NCBI GenBank assembly: GCA_965113315.1 | Contig: OZ220364.1 | Length of the DNA: 64,000 bases | DNA from: Podarcis vaucheri | Taxonomy: Eukaryota | Reading direction: 5' to 3' (one strand) | Part shown: positions 9,974-24,449 of the stretch, piece by piece | Layout of the letters: every line of letters starts with the position of its first letter | How positions within the stretch are numbered: position 1 is the stretch's first letter | Made by a program: the position numbers and the translations under genes | The notes under the pieces: generated by a model | Databases searched by the model: none | The model's input: only the letters and a program-made list of their open reading frames with translations | Told to the model about the DNA's origin: nothing

Positions 9974-12900
9974 TAACATCAATGGCTGCACGAAAGTTTT
10001 CATTAAGCACAACGGCAAAAGCCCAAAGTTGCTGACTGTGGACCTCCTGCTGTCTCAACAAAGAAGCTTTTACGATTACTGGTTCATATTATATATGTGA
10101 TGTGTTCTAGTGTGCACTTTCTGCCTATTTTGCACAAGTCAGTCTCTTACACACATGCCCGGGGGTGGGGGATCCCAGACATGAAACTTCCTATGTCAGC
10201 ACAGGCAGTTCTACTTGCGGTTCACTGATCTCTGAAGCTACTGCTTTGCTTATTCAGCCCCCCCCTCCATAGCTACTCCACTGATGGGAAAGTAGGACAC
10301 TTACACCTCCCTTTTGCTAATAGGGTGTCATGTGTTGAGGGTGTTTGGGAAGCCATCCACACACTACTATGATCACAAATGTCTGCTAAGGGCACCAAAG
10401 GTTAACCATGGTAGAGCAGTGTTGACAAATCGCTTTATTAGTCACAGTGTCCTGACTCCTCCTGCTTCTTTTAGAGCTTTTCTTTTATTTATGTGGCTTT
10501 CCGATGTTGTTTGAAGTTACTACGGCAACCTGTCACCATCTGGTGTTGTAAAGTATGATGAGATTTTGGTTGCTAGGTGCTGAAGTTTGCCATCTCTTTT
10601 TGTGGAGCCCTGTGGTATTTTCCCTCCCTGCCCCCCTGCCAATCTATCAAAATTACATATCAAACTCTTAGGGATCATGATATATTAATTTAGCCATCTA
10701 TTTGTATAGTTTACCAAGGTATGTTCCTCCTTCTGATAAGGATAAGTTGTCACTTCTATTTATTTTATTTTAAATTCTACACAGTACAATATTACATTTC
10801 TGTAGCCGACGCTTCACAGTATTATGCATTAAGGCCACTCAGTTCCTTATTACATTTTTTCAGTCTAATGAATCATTTTATCATAATTTCTTTGCTGTCA
10901 GAGGACTTTCAACATTTACTAGGAGAGTATCTCATTTTCCTTTGACATCTAGTTTCATCTTTTTTATTGTGCTAATAGATATAAATTCAGTAACACCCAC
11001 CTTGTCATTATTTCCTCACCAGCTTAAAAAGTGTCTGTATTTTATTTTTTCAAATATTGTCAGCCAATTTCCTTAATGGACGTTGTTTTGCTTAGAGTTT
11101 ATGGTCACAGTCAGATGGTGAGACATTGCTGTGCACGCAGCCATGAAATTTATGCACATTATTGATTGCTTCTATTGGAAATAGCATTGTGTCTTCCAAA
11201 CAGACTTATTCCTCTTAACATTCTGTTAAGTGCTCCCTCATCAGTCAAGTGTTTGCTGTGATTACACTTATTTTTACACATGTTTGACCTAGTTTCAATC
11301 ATGCATATCAGCGCAGTGATTCATCATTAGACACATTTTTAACAAGGCTAAGTGTAGCTGAAATGACATGTCAGGATTCCACTTGAACAACTTAATTGCC
11401 CTGGCTCCTAGTTATTTATTCATTACGCTTATTGGTATCAACAGTCTCATTTCTCTGTCTAAAAACACAACATGGTGCACATCACAATTGGTTATTGGCT
11501 GTGTTTGCACAAAGTGCCTTTATCTTCAGTTATGACAAAAAGAAAAGGGTTCTCTGGTAAGGGAGGGGGCAGTTTACTATAGTGTACAAAAGCATCCAAT
11601 GCGCCCAATCTTGAGTCTGTTGTTCTTGCACAAGGTAGATTTGCTTACATCTACTTCCTAGTTTCGCTGTTTGAATTGTGCAGTCCTGAAGCATGCTCAA
11701 GTTTTGATGTTTTGGAAAATATATTTCAGAGATTCTGGGTAACTTGGAAACAAGCCTTTATACCTGGAAATCTGGGCTCATGCAGTTCCTTGTTTTGATG
11801 CTGTTCAGATGATTAGGGGTAGATTTCAGAACTAAATGGGAGACGGTTAATTGTAATATTAAGAATCTCTCAAACAGGGAAACAAATTGAGGGTCGGTTG
11901 ATTATAAAGTTACTGTACAGGCATGGCATGATAAAGTAAGACTTTTCAGCAGCAACCTTACTAGAATCTGTCCCATCTGTAGTACCCATTGATGACTGAT
12001 TCAAGTAGCAGAACCATAAATTTAGCCCACTGGTAGCAGAAATGTTTTCATAAAACAAAGCATGTCATCTGTTAGTTCACACTGTTCCCATTTGCAGTTG
12101 ATAAGTCTATGCACACATGCAGGGCTACAGTGAACATATAATGCTACAATCCACAGCTAGCTGCATTTTTAAAAGTTAGATTAACATTTCTAAAATCATT
12201 TTGATTCAGTTGCAAGGTACCTCTGCCTAAAGGCTATTAGTGATGCTGCTTACGCCGCAAGAGGTTACTGAAAATCATTTGGGAATGAAGAGAGACATTC
12301 AGAACATATTTCACATGTTATTAAAGAGATCAAAACTGTACAGCATCCTTGCATATAGAATACTTTCTGGTTTCTACTAGCTCTGATCCCCCACCCTCCA
12401 CCCCCAAAATCAAAATCAGGACATTTGGATAGCAAAGCTTGTCTCAATGCAATTATAATTTTAGCACGATGTTCTGGGCAGGCAGCTGACATTTTTCATA
12501 TACACATGCTCTCCAGAACATTTGCTCCCGTAAAAGTAAACTACCATAGCATGAAGACAGAAAACAAAACACAAGCATTTACTATTAGGAAGAGGATCAG
12601 TAACAAAAGCCACACGAATCCTTACCTGAAAGATCTGTGATTACCTGCTGGAAATATCTCCTTTTAGACTCCTACAGATAGCCCAAACTCTGAGTAGCAC
12701 AAATGTTACTCCAAAAGCAGGAATAAGTAACCGTTTATGTTGTAATTTTCACTGTTTATATGCCAGAAGTGTACTGGGTCTGCTCACGTAGGAATAAATA
12801 AAAAAAAGCAGCACCAACTGAACAGAAGGTACCATATGAAAGTAAAAAAGACCTCTAGTGGCTGTAACCTGAAGTTAAAGAGGCTTCTTTCCTTGCTTTA

Positions 12901-13264
12901 AGTGGTAGACAAAATGGTTGAGTATGTCAAACTGCAGATAGTTTACAGTGATGTGTGACCTTGCTGAATTTGTCACCATAAACAAATCACAGAGTGAAAT
13001 CAGATTTCTCAGGGTGGCTGTGTATGTGAAATGAACTTCTGACCGAGAAGCTTGAACAATCATTGGAAGCACGAATAAACTGATCTAATAAGTTTGATAT
13101 GAATCCGATCTGATTGATGGACACATCCAACTTTGGGTTGTGTGTGTGCACATGCACTAGCATTGCTTCCTAGCAACAATTCAGAATTATCAACAAACTG
13201 CTGTTGTTGTTTTTTTAAAAAAAATTATGGCAGCAAGAAACTTTCATAGCATTTTGTATCCATA

Positions 13265-13712
13265 TAGGGATGAAAAGCGCTGGCAGTTTCAGTTCTCCAA
13301 GTTTCTCATTTTCCCAATCTTAATTTCAGTTTCCCAACATTTTGCAGCAGTTTGTGATTTATTTATTTTTAAATCCTCATTAAAATTCATCAGCATTTTA
13401 GTGCAATTTTCTCCTGAGAAATACATTTTTATATGTCGTTATGAGTAACATGCACCTTCTTTTGCAGGCAAGTTACCCTAAAGTGGTGCATTTTTGTAAG
13501 CTATTTTCATTCTTATGCACTCTTACGCCTAATATAATGGTAATGATATATGCACTTTTCTGAATATTGGTTGGATAACTGCATTGAAAAATTCAGATAA
13601 TTGTGAATTTTGAAGGATAGCTGTATTTTGGTTCACATATAGTTTCAGAAAGAGAAAGTTAGATAAATTTGGCCTTAAATGCATACTGATTTGATTTCCA
13701 CCTCCATCCCTA
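13265..13712. mobile_element. Old non-autonomous hAT element with Ac-like TAGGGATG termini
   Basis: tagggatg...catcccta termini; degenerate 8-bp TSD tatccata/tagccaca (6/8). Confidence 0.6.
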
Positions 13713-14346
13713 TAGCCACATGTAGCTGGAAGAAACCTGGAGTTTCTAATAATGCTTTTGGACAGTTCTAAACCCATTAATTAGAAAAGTAAGAAGTCTT
13801 GATTTCAGTTCAGCTAACCTGAAAGTTAAATGTGCTTAGGACTGTAGTTCAAAGGATTCTTTTAAAAAGCCAAAACACACATATGAGGCATAATTAGTGT
13901 AATAAGCATGTCACACAGGATGTATCAGGAATAACATAAATAGGGATTTTTCTCTGGGGAAATAGTCTTTCCTTCCTATAATTATTGCTCTACAAAATTC
14001 TCAATAATTTTAATCTATTTAAGGGATTTTAAGACACTGTTAAATTTATCGGTTTTGGCTGATAGATATGTGTCTGTAGTCAAACACCCCTAGTTTTTCA
14101 AGGAGACAACTCATTCCAAGTGGCAGAGATCTTTGTAAATTGCCACTTATGCAGCATAATCAGAAGCACTTCTTCCCTTGCCTGCCATCAGATTTATGAT
14201 CAACTATGATTTTATATGTCTAACTTCCTAAACATTTTAAGTACATTTTGGCGCCACATAATATAAATGTATTCTTCTGCTTCTTCATGCGGCTCAACCT
14301 AAATGTGCTTATCAGTATTGCTAATCTCTTTCTCTTTCCCTTGTAG

Positions 14347-14445
14347 AGTCATTTTGTGGCTTGCATGACAGCAATCTTGAACCAAATGGATGACCAACAT
14401 TATGCCTCATATATTGAAACTTTTCGAACAAGCTCAGAGCTAGTG
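14347..14445 (+). CDS. DOCK2: DOCK2 coding exon (approx. exon 28), [33 protein letters not shown]
   Basis: Pyrimidine tract + ttgtag acceptor, gtaagt donor; 99 nt, phase 0/0. Translation matches DOCK2 ([14 protein letters not shown]...TSSELV). Confidence 0.96.
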
Positions 14446-15169
14446 GTAAGTAATCGTGGGTAGGAGGGCAAGTGAGTTTTCCCCCTTTGCACCTTTTAAC
14501 CTTGTACCTCCACCAGTTTCCTATCAAAAACATTTTTGTAAAAAACTGAAGAAGAAAAAATAGTAATAGCTGCCACCACACTTACTGCCAGAAAAGTCTT
14601 CATTTCCTTATGAAAGGAAAACCAAAACAATCTTTTTAGCAGTATAAAATCATATGACTGAGTAGATCAAGGGAAGAATCAAGACAACAACTTGCAATTA
14701 AAGGGGAATTCATTTTATTGAAAGGAAGTGGGAGTTCATACTGTATTGGAACATAAATTAAGGGTTCTGTAAGGTCTTTACTGAAAAGCTGTCATGACAC
14801 CCAATCTTATTGGATAGCTTCTGGCTAGCCTCCAATTTGTTATTATTGGGCAAGCTGCTTGAACACATAGCATTGATGCGACTACAGGTTTTGTTTGGGA
14901 ATTGGTCACCATAGTGGATGATCGGTGCTGGGACAAATAGGCAAAGAGGCATACTTTGCTGAAGCACATCTTGGCCTTCTGGATTAGTGACTGCTAGGAA
15001 CCACATGTATACTGCCTTGGGTTCCATGACAAAGGAAATGTGGTTTATAAAGGTAAGACTACATAACTAATCAATAAATATTTCCTGCTGGACCTCTCAT
15101 ATTATGATCAACTATTGTAGCCTTCTGGACAGCCAAACTGGGATGGGCACTGTTTTCCAGTCTTTCTTG

Positions 15170-15432
15170 GAAGTACTTCTTCACACAGTGGGTAATTCAA
15201 TTATGGAATTCGCTCACACAAGAGGCAGTGATGGCTACCAACTTGGATAAAGCTATCAGTAGTCAGATGCAGCAATGCTTCTGAATACCAGCTGCTGGAA
15301 ACGGCAGGAGGGGAGAATGCTCTGGGGCTCAGGTCCTGCTTGCAGATTTCCCATGGGCATCTGGTTGGCCACTGTGAGGTTAGGATGCTGGACTAGATGG
15401 GCCACTGGCCTGATCCAGAAAGCTCTTCTTAT
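15170..15432 (+). mobile_element. CR1-like LINE 3' end/3'UTR fragment; related copies near 23003-23200 (+), 46765-47083 (+), 47095-47279 (+) and 52343-52690 (-)
   Basis: aagtacttcttcacacag...tggaattc...gaataccag.tgctgg...ggatgctggactagatgggcc...cttat motif series repeated across the window. Confidence 0.7.
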
Positions 15433-16496
15433 AGATTCAGAGTCTGAATCTATTACCACTTCACACCACCTGACTGAGAGAATAGCATCCCAGTACTTGT
15501 TAGCAATTGTAGAGCAGCATTCTCTGTATCAGCCAAAGCTTCCAAGTTAGCTTCAAGGGCAGCATCATGTAAAGAGTTTTCCAGTAATCCAGTTATAGAA
15601 GCATAGTTAAATATATTGAAGTCTGACTCGTCTAGGACAGGGAAGGACATTCATATTAGCCAGAGTCTGAAGATAGCACTTGTAACAATTCTGCATCTTA
15701 AAAAGTCCCATGTTGTTGTTGCAAAGTACTTTCTAATCAGATAGGATTACAAAGACTTCATCAATCACTGGCAGTTACTCCTTCCAGTGCCATTTCTTTC
15801 CAGTTTTACTGCCATCTTGTCTTGACTCAGGTTTGCCATGTTCTTGCTCATTCCCTTGACCATAGCCTCTGAATGCTAGTACCAGACCGAGATAGCTGCT
15901 GCTAGACATATATCTTTGAATCTATATCCCAATTAGATTCATCTTTAAAATATCAGCTGGGTTCTGCTGTATTTTAAATCTTTGGGTGGGAGATCAGAAA
16001 TATATTGATGTCCAGGCTTTTTTTAAAAAAAACTTATAACAGTAACGGATATGAAGTATATATTAGTTTACACAAATGCGATGTCTTCAGGGTCTCAGTC
16101 TGTATGTTTTAGGTGAAGTATAGGAAATAATGTGGATGGACCACTATGAGGTAACGTAGGTTTACATATTTTCAACTGGTTGCTTATGAACTTGGTGTAA
16201 ATTGAGAGGAATATGTTCAACTGTGACATTCTCTGTTTTAATCATTTGTATTTATACTTCTATACTAGCGTCATGAAAATTGTCTCTTAAGAGTAGAATA
16301 CTAGCACTGATTTTGTTTTATGACTTCTGTTCATTGCTACATTTTATTGCTAGACAGGTACCTCATTTTAGAGCCTTTGGGATAACTGATGATAACTTGA
16401 GCATGTGGGAGCAAGATATCACTGTCTGTTTTTCAGAAGTTTGTTATTGTTTTAGTGTAAACGGTATAATCCACAGTGACATTTTCCTCCTCCTAG

Positions 16497-16592
<96 letters not shown>

Positions 16593-18806
16593 TAATCAAA
16601 AGCCATAGGGAAGACTTGCAGTATACTAGGCCAAACATAGCCAGCTAGCAATCTCTGGCAGCCCACCAGAACTGAATGAACCTCTGGCTGGGGAAGAAAT
16701 GGGCGTGGGGGTGCCAGTCATCCACCAGGCCACATGACAGGTTGTTTTCTGTTTGGTGGTCACAAGTTTAGGAGGTTGAGGGTGAGCAGATTAAAGTGGC
16801 CTTCAAAGAGGCTGAGGTGAGAGTGAAATAATTTTAGCAAACACTGCAGGGTGAGGTGGTGGTGTCCACTTACTATACTAAAAGTGGAAGGTGACTGAGT
16901 ACTCTTTTTATTAACATCTTCAAAAAACAAAATTCATCCTGTGCTGGCACATTGTTCACACCTCTGTCCCAAATGTTCATGGAAGTTTTACTCATATCTG
17001 CAAAAGCAGCAGAATAAGTGATGCCTCCTTCATAGGATGCAAAGACTTTTGCTAAAGTGGGCAGTGGGGTTTGACACAGCACTAACTCTCTTTATTTTAA
17101 ATATGAAATGTACATTAAAATCATTGAGAAAACTCAGAAGTTAAAAATAAGTTGACCTTAAAAAATTCAAAATATAAATAAAATCAGCATTTTAAAATAT
17201 ACATCATAAAATAAAATTACATATTAAAATACATGTCCACTTTATATATCTGAGTAGGCTTGCCTAAACAAAAATGTTTTTAGCAAACACCAAAAACAGT
17301 AAATCTGTGTCGGTATGTGTCTACTCAAGGGATCTGATGTGATGCAATGAAATTTGCTGTTTGTAGGAGTCCAGCTGTCCCTCCACCTATGTTCATCTTG
17401 CCTATTTGTAAATGAAGTCAAATAGCACAAAACACTTTAAGTGATCCCTCCTTCCAAAGAAAACCGAGCCCTGGAATTTCCATGCTTCTTGGTGATGTTG
17501 GACATACATAATCTTGAAAGTTTTAAATGAAGCAAGGCATGAATAGATAACACAAGGCTAAGATTTTGCTAGCAATGTGATCCAAACCCACCTAAAATAT
17601 CAGGGCATCCAGCCTTGATCTTAACATTCAGCTCAGAAGGATCTGGGTTGTGGAGCTATTGTCAGGTGTGGTGGGGGGATGGAAGTTAATGATATGGATT
17701 CTTATTTTAGTACTCTGAATCATCCCCAGTATTTGGAACAGAAACACCACTGTTATGTACTTGTGAAAGACATTTGTACAAAAATATCCACACAGTACCT
17801 AATACTTAGGTATAATACACTGATGTGATGGTTTGTGCACCCATCTTTATGACAGCGTTGTCAAGTGGTTAGGGAGTTTCAAATAAACAAATAATTGACC
17901 ATTTGGATAACTAATTAAGCATCAACTGTATGTATGCAAATATAAAAGTGCTTGTAATCATAACACATAGGAGGAAATTAGATTAGCACGCTGTTGGAAT
18001 TATGTAAGTTTGCTATAGCAGATTACAGACTAACTTGACAATTTGGTCATTGGCTATGCTTTTTTTTAATTAGCAACCAGCATCTACTAATCAGACCTAG
18101 CAGACTCACCCTGAGTCAATCCGTCCTCACCCAAGTTTCCTGGAGTTTCAAATCTACTTGCAGGCTGAATCTCCTCCAGATGCATGTCTCAGTGCAAAAT
18201 TTAGAATTCTTTCCCTTTTTCATTTGCAGTTCATTCTGAGTGACTGCTGTCATCAGTCTCAAACCTGATTTTCCCAAGAGTACAGGCTCATATTTTAAAT
18301 CTCTCTCTCTCTGTGTGTATCCTCTCAGTGGAAGTGTTCTGCATTTTTTAGGCAGTGCTAGTGGAGTTCAAACTGGTTCTTGCTTAATTTGAGATAGGAC
18401 CAAGCTTTTTTATTCTACTGGGAAACTATTGTCACCATCTCATAACAAGGTGGCCTCTGGCCCCACACATATCTGAAGGATTGCTATTTTGGCACAAGCA
18501 CAAGTTGCCACACTCATGGGCACAATTGCAGGTGATCTGATAGCACCTTTCCTTGCTGAATTGTCAGCAGATCCTTGAAAATGAGGCAACCCACTGGTAG
18601 CACAGTAGCAAATTGCTCTGTAAGTAAAGCAAGCAAGCATCTCCCCCACCAGAATTTATTTGTTGCTTGTAGTGCAGTTGTTTGTAGCTTGTAGCTGGCA
18701 TTCTTCATCAGAGAGATTCAAGATGCATATGCCCCCTGTTAGAGATGTACCTAATAGACATCCAGCATTTCCCCCAAAAGCAAAACACTGCTTTACTGGG
18801 GGCAGG

Positions 18807-19041
18807 TGTTAAGTTGTGGGTGAACATATCAGACGACATAGTGATTCTTCAAACAGCTCTTGTTTATTCACAGGCCAGGACAGAACTGAACTGAAGGGTT
18901 CAGTCAGCCTGCTCCAGTACAATGTAACTGTAACAATTTTCTAAAACTATCCAATCACTGACGTCACTTTCAATCCCTTATTTGCATAACTATCTACAGT
19001 ATCCCCCTGCTGGCCCACGGTGAGAACTTCAGTACATAACA
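18807..19041 (-). mobile_element. Solo LTR (235 bp)
   Basis: TGTTA...TAACA termini; perfect 5-bp TSD GCAGG at 18802-18806 and 19042-19046; AATAAA on the minus strand near 18864-18869. Confidence 0.85.
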
Positions 19042-22000
19042 GCAGGTACCAGAAAACCCTGTTCCTGCCTTTGGTCGGGGCAGGTTTTCTCTACCCTTCC
19101 TAGTGGGAAATAGACTCAAGGTGGTCTCTGCATCTGTGAGCCATCTCTGAGCTGGAGGCTTAGGCTTTCCTTGGGGACTGGCCTGCACATCATGGAAAAT
19201 TCTGGACAGCAGGGCCCAGGTACATAAGCTGGGCTATAATTTACCCAAGGCTCACTTTAGCAAGTTCTTGGCTGTGGAGTAATAACGTGCCAGCTTACAT
19301 GCCCAGGGATTGGGGGAGGATGCTTCCTCATATGTCATTAATGATTCCCCCTGTCTGCACTATTGATTATATTCTTCTGCCCTGCTCACCTGGACACTGA
19401 CAGCTAATCCAGGATCCATTTCCCCATGCATAAACAATAGCTAGTAGGGGAATGTAGCCCCCCCCAAGGAAATTCTCAAACTGATCCACTTATGGCCCAT
19501 TTTTAGCAGATAAACACACCTGTAAATATTGACCTGAAGGGGTGGGGACAGTTAGGTATCTTGCTTGTTGGGCCGAAAACATTCCCCATCCCTGATTCAT
19601 CTCTTCTGAAGTTCAAAAAAGCTGCTGGTCTAATCATCAGGGATTCAAGCAGAACTATATGCATATTGGCTATGTTCCTGTTTACAAATCAATCCCCAAT
19701 TAGTTTTGCTGTAGGCAATTCTGTAGGCAGCAAGTATTACCCACTTGTCTCATTCTGCAAAAAAGAAGAAGAGGTTTTGGCTGTAACAAGAGGAGTTTTG
19801 TGTAGAAATTTCTCCTGCACTTTGATGCTTGTCACCATTTGGAGTATTTGACTGTACAGGTTGTTAATCTAAATAATGGCTTTTTAATACTAGCACAACT
19901 TTCACAGTCCTTTGTATCTGAAGACTTCTCACATCTAAATTGTTCTGCACAGCAAGAACATGTCAGCATCTGCATTATTCATGAGTACAACAGTATTTTT
20001 AATTCTACAGAGCAATGACAACACATTGATTTCAGCTTGCATCATTCCCCTATGGGATTGCCTTATATTTACATTGCATCAGTTCCTGACATTAGCAATT
20101 CATGTGTGAGATTACACTTTCTGTCCGCATTGCCACCCTATTGCAATATGCCTAAGGTCCTTTATTGCTAAAAGTTTGCAGCAAAACAAAAAACAACAGC
20201 ACCAGAATCTTTGCTGTCCTTATGGGTGGAATCCAATTGGTACAGTTTTGCATGTAGAGGGACTTTGGATCCGGAGATCTCTGCTATAGCAGAAGAGGAG
20301 GGGAGGCCATTTTGATAATTTCCCCTTTTTTCTGTAATCCCCCAAAGCTACCTTCTGCTCTGTTGTGGAGGGTCCCTTTCTGACTCTCTGGAGCTAGGGG
20401 TGGGGGACTGGGAATTGCAGAGGGAGGGTGAACTGACAAAAAAAAAAAATCCCCTCCCCCTTACAATAACAGATGCTTCTGTTGAATCAGAAGGCCCTCT
20501 GTGAGCCCAAGGACAACAACTGTAATCCACCCTGGGCATATAAATATCTACGATGAAGGCCCAAGTTGAGCTTCTCACACTCAAAAGGTGACACTACACC
20601 ACATCAAATGGCATTTTGTTTTGTACTTACTGGGGAAGGAAGAAGATTAACTTTGAGTGTTAGGTTTTATATTTTAAAAAATGGTGGAATAGTTGTTATT
20701 GTTTCTTTAGCAAGTCAGTGAAATGGAATTCTGAGTGAACATGTATATGACTGTACTGTTAGTCTTTCTGATACTTTTCACATTACATCTTCAAACTTTT
20801 GCAAACTATACACTATGGGTTGTCTCCAACACTGTGCCTTCAGGATTCTGTTGGGCTTTCCCTTCCTTTCGTCTTCCTGCACAGCCTCAAAATCTGCTCT
20901 GAAGGGTCTCCCAGGCCTATGGAGAATATGGGGGGGTGTGTGCATGGGAAGAGTAGGGGAAAGTTCCATTGCAGAAGCAGAAATTTAAATAAATAAGCAG
21001 AAATCTGTGCTAGCAGAACAGCTACATTAGAGACAACTCTTTGAGGCTTCAACAACTTGCCCAGTGTTTATTATTTTCCTTACTGCCCCCCCAAATTTTA
21101 AATATATATATAAATCCATCCTGAAGAATTCTGTAGACTTCAAAAACTTGCTTACTATTTGTGATTGTTTTGTTGGTCCTAATATGGTACTAGCCTTAAT
21201 GGCTTTGTGCAGCGGCGGGGGGGGGGAGGGTTGGGAGGGGAGACAGCATGAGTAAAAATGGCCTCCCATTATTCACCATATTATTTAGGGATGGTGCAGG
21301 CAGATCTTGCTCAGGGGTCAGGGAGAGAAGTTGAAATTCTCCAACATTCCTCAGAAAGTTCCAAGAAATTTCAGTTGAATGAAAATCTATTGTTACTACA
21401 TATTAATAGATGAAACGGGCAATGAGCTAAGAAAGGAGAGCTGGAAGGACCAGGAGCCAAGTCTACTGCTTCCTTCAAAAACATTACGATATGACTAACA
21501 GTATTAAAACATGGTCCACAGTGGTGCCCAGAATTCATGGATGGCAAAGCTGGGGAGACTAATCTCCCGGGGAGGACATAAATCCAGCTCTCTTGGAAAT
21601 GCTTTTAAAAAATAACATTTTCAACAATGTGTTGGGCAATTCTTTTTTTGACTGAGTCCTAGATTATTATTATTTTCTAATAGACTAACAAAGTTACCTA
21701 GCGCGTGTGTATGTGCAGGCTGCATTCTAACATATTTCCTGTAAGGATAATAACTCAGCACATATGGATCCCCAAAAGTAGCAGATGTTTTGTAGGATGC
21801 ATCGTTCTAACAAGAATGTTTCCTTTTTCATTTCTTTAATTGAAAGACTCCATTTCTAAACTATATGCCGATGTATATAACAACATTTAATGCAGTGGGT
21901 AGCGGTGGCTGTTTGCAAAAGCATAATGGCTTCACCATATGTTCCCTGTGGATTTTGTGCTTTTATTTTTGTGCTGTATGGACAATAGTAAGCAGTTTAT

Positions 22001-24402
22001 GTTACGAGTTTCCTGCAGCGCACACAAATCTAAAAACAAAATGCAGTGTATTGAGTAGGGAATGGGGAACAGTTTGAATTTACAGCCTGATAGTGCCAGT
22101 AACTAAGAGCAGCATTATGTGTTTCAAGATGGCGCAGTGTTGGCAGTCAGAGCTTGATAAAATCCACCACTCCCTCCCTCCATGCCCCCCCCCCCGCAAA
22201 GGAGAGGTTTAAACACACTTTGGCCCAGCTGAGATGTAAAAATCAAACCATAGTTTAGTATCTTGAAAATCTGAACCAGCATGAAATAAAATAAAAATCA
22301 TTTATTTTAAATATTTTGAGCTTGCTCTTTTCAGCCATAAAGTAACATGAAACAAAACATTGAAACAATAGTTACAAAAATAACCTTGCATGATTCTCAC
22401 AGGACAGGATGGTGGACTAGATGAGCAATTCACCCAATCCAGCAAGGTTATCCTTGTGTTCCAAATGGATAAATGACAGGTTGCCAACCTTTTTGGGTCT
22501 GTGGGCATGTTTGCAAACCAGAAAACTGCTCATGGCACCACTCTGTCCTCCCATGCAGCAGCCCCACTGAAATTGCTCCCAGTGCGATTACATACCCCAC
22601 AAGTGTCCCGGAAAAACTGGGACATCCCGTATCTTATCACGAGAACATGGTGGCCATTTTGGTTGCCATGATCTCACGATTTCACAGGGTGATTTCCCGC
22701 TAGGAAAAATACACTTTTGGGGAGGGAGACCATGGCATGAGATCAGAGCAATCAAATTGGCTGCTGTACTCTTGCAAAAAATATAATAAAATAATGGGAC
22801 GATGGTGTCCTGGTTTGGGGCTTCAAAGTATTAGAGGGTATGCAGTTAAGCTTAAAAAAAACATTTTATTTGATGAATAATGCTTTCAAGCCTAATTTCA
22901 ACAGGCAGGATGGGACCCTGTGGACATCAGCAGAAGGTGTTTTTGGTCATGTTGGCATCCACAGGCACCATGACACCAACCCATTGGTTACATAAACTTA
23001 TAGACAATAGGGCTATCAACTGATAGCTAAACACGTTAAGAGGTGGTACACCTCCATATACCAGACATTAGGCTCAACCAACAGTGAAGGCTGTTGTCTT
23101 CATGTCTTGTTTGTAAGGTTCCCAGAAGCATCTGATTGACCACTGTTACAAACAGAATTCTGGACTCTGTGGTCTTTTCAACAAGGCTTATGCTCTTAAG
23201 CTGTGTCTACCCTCAGTGGAGAAAGAAAGGCATGGATGGGAAAGGAAATGGATTTGTTTGGGCAGTGTTTTCTTACCCCGTCACTTCTTGCTCCTCTACT
23301 GTCACTCAGCTCATCCAAAGATTGGGCTGACTGATTTTCTTACAAGAAGAGAAGAGTGAACACACGTCATGAATGGGGCAAGAGGCAAGTAGAAGGGAAC
23401 TAGGGCAGGGGGAATCTGCCACTTTCCTCAGTCTTTCCCCCTATTTGCTCCCTTTGTCCCTTACCCAGGCAAATGCAAGCCTGGGGTCAGATGGCAGAAG
23501 AGGGCTCCAAGGGGAGAGGAAAACACTTTACTTATCAGTCATCTCCCTTAATCAGCCATTTCTGTATCTTTAGCAGTCAGACCCATATTGCAGGCAAAAA
23601 AAACCCCAAGAGGCAGCAATCTTAAACTAAATGCAACCAAAGGAGCTAAAACAGCTTTGCCTGATCAGGTCTAAATGTAACATCAGAAAATATCGTGTAC
23701 TCACAGCATGGGAGATGATCATGACAACTGATTAGCGGGGGAGGGTAGTATCTATGTGCAGGAACATATGTGCACTTATTTCATAGGGGCAAACAGTTTA
23801 TTCAGCCTCAGGTAACAAAATCTACAAAGTCTTTCCTGCTATCATCTAATTAAGCCTGGAGGCAGTGACAACACTCATCAGAAGTTGGCAGAGTCAAGGG
23901 TATTAATATCTGTTCCAAAGGGTCCAATGTTTTACATCCTACATATAGGCTGCTCCTTTTAGTTGGATCTTTGGGAGCCCAACTTTAAAGCTGTTATGTG
24001 ATAAAGTACTTTTGCAGTTAATAAATGGCAATGCTTTTCTGTAGAATTGATGGTTGTAGCAATGTTCGTACTACATTATATTTTTGTCTACCATGCTACA
24101 TTTAGTCTCCAGTTAATTTTACCCTGTTTTTAGCTGGAGAAGGCTTCAGACCTAGTTGTGCATTCACAGAACTTCTGTTGCTGTTTTTTAAAACAGGCAC
24201 ATAGAATGCAGATCTTGTTGGAATTTTATCACTCATAAAATACTTGAAACTGTGCAGAGAAGTAGGTATAAAAGTTAAATAAAAATTGATAGTAGAACAG
24301 CATTTCCATGATGAGGATGGTAAATTTGTTTTGGAGAAAGGAGCATGTTTAGCATAATATAAAACTGATTTATCAAGAAGGCTAATTTTGTTGACAATAG
24401 TT

Positions 24403-24404
<2 letters not shown>

Positions 24405-24447
<43 letters not shown>
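24405..24447. repeat. (GT)n microsatellite
   Basis: About 21 uninterrupted GT units. Confidence 0.97.
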
Positions 24448-24449
<2 letters not shown>

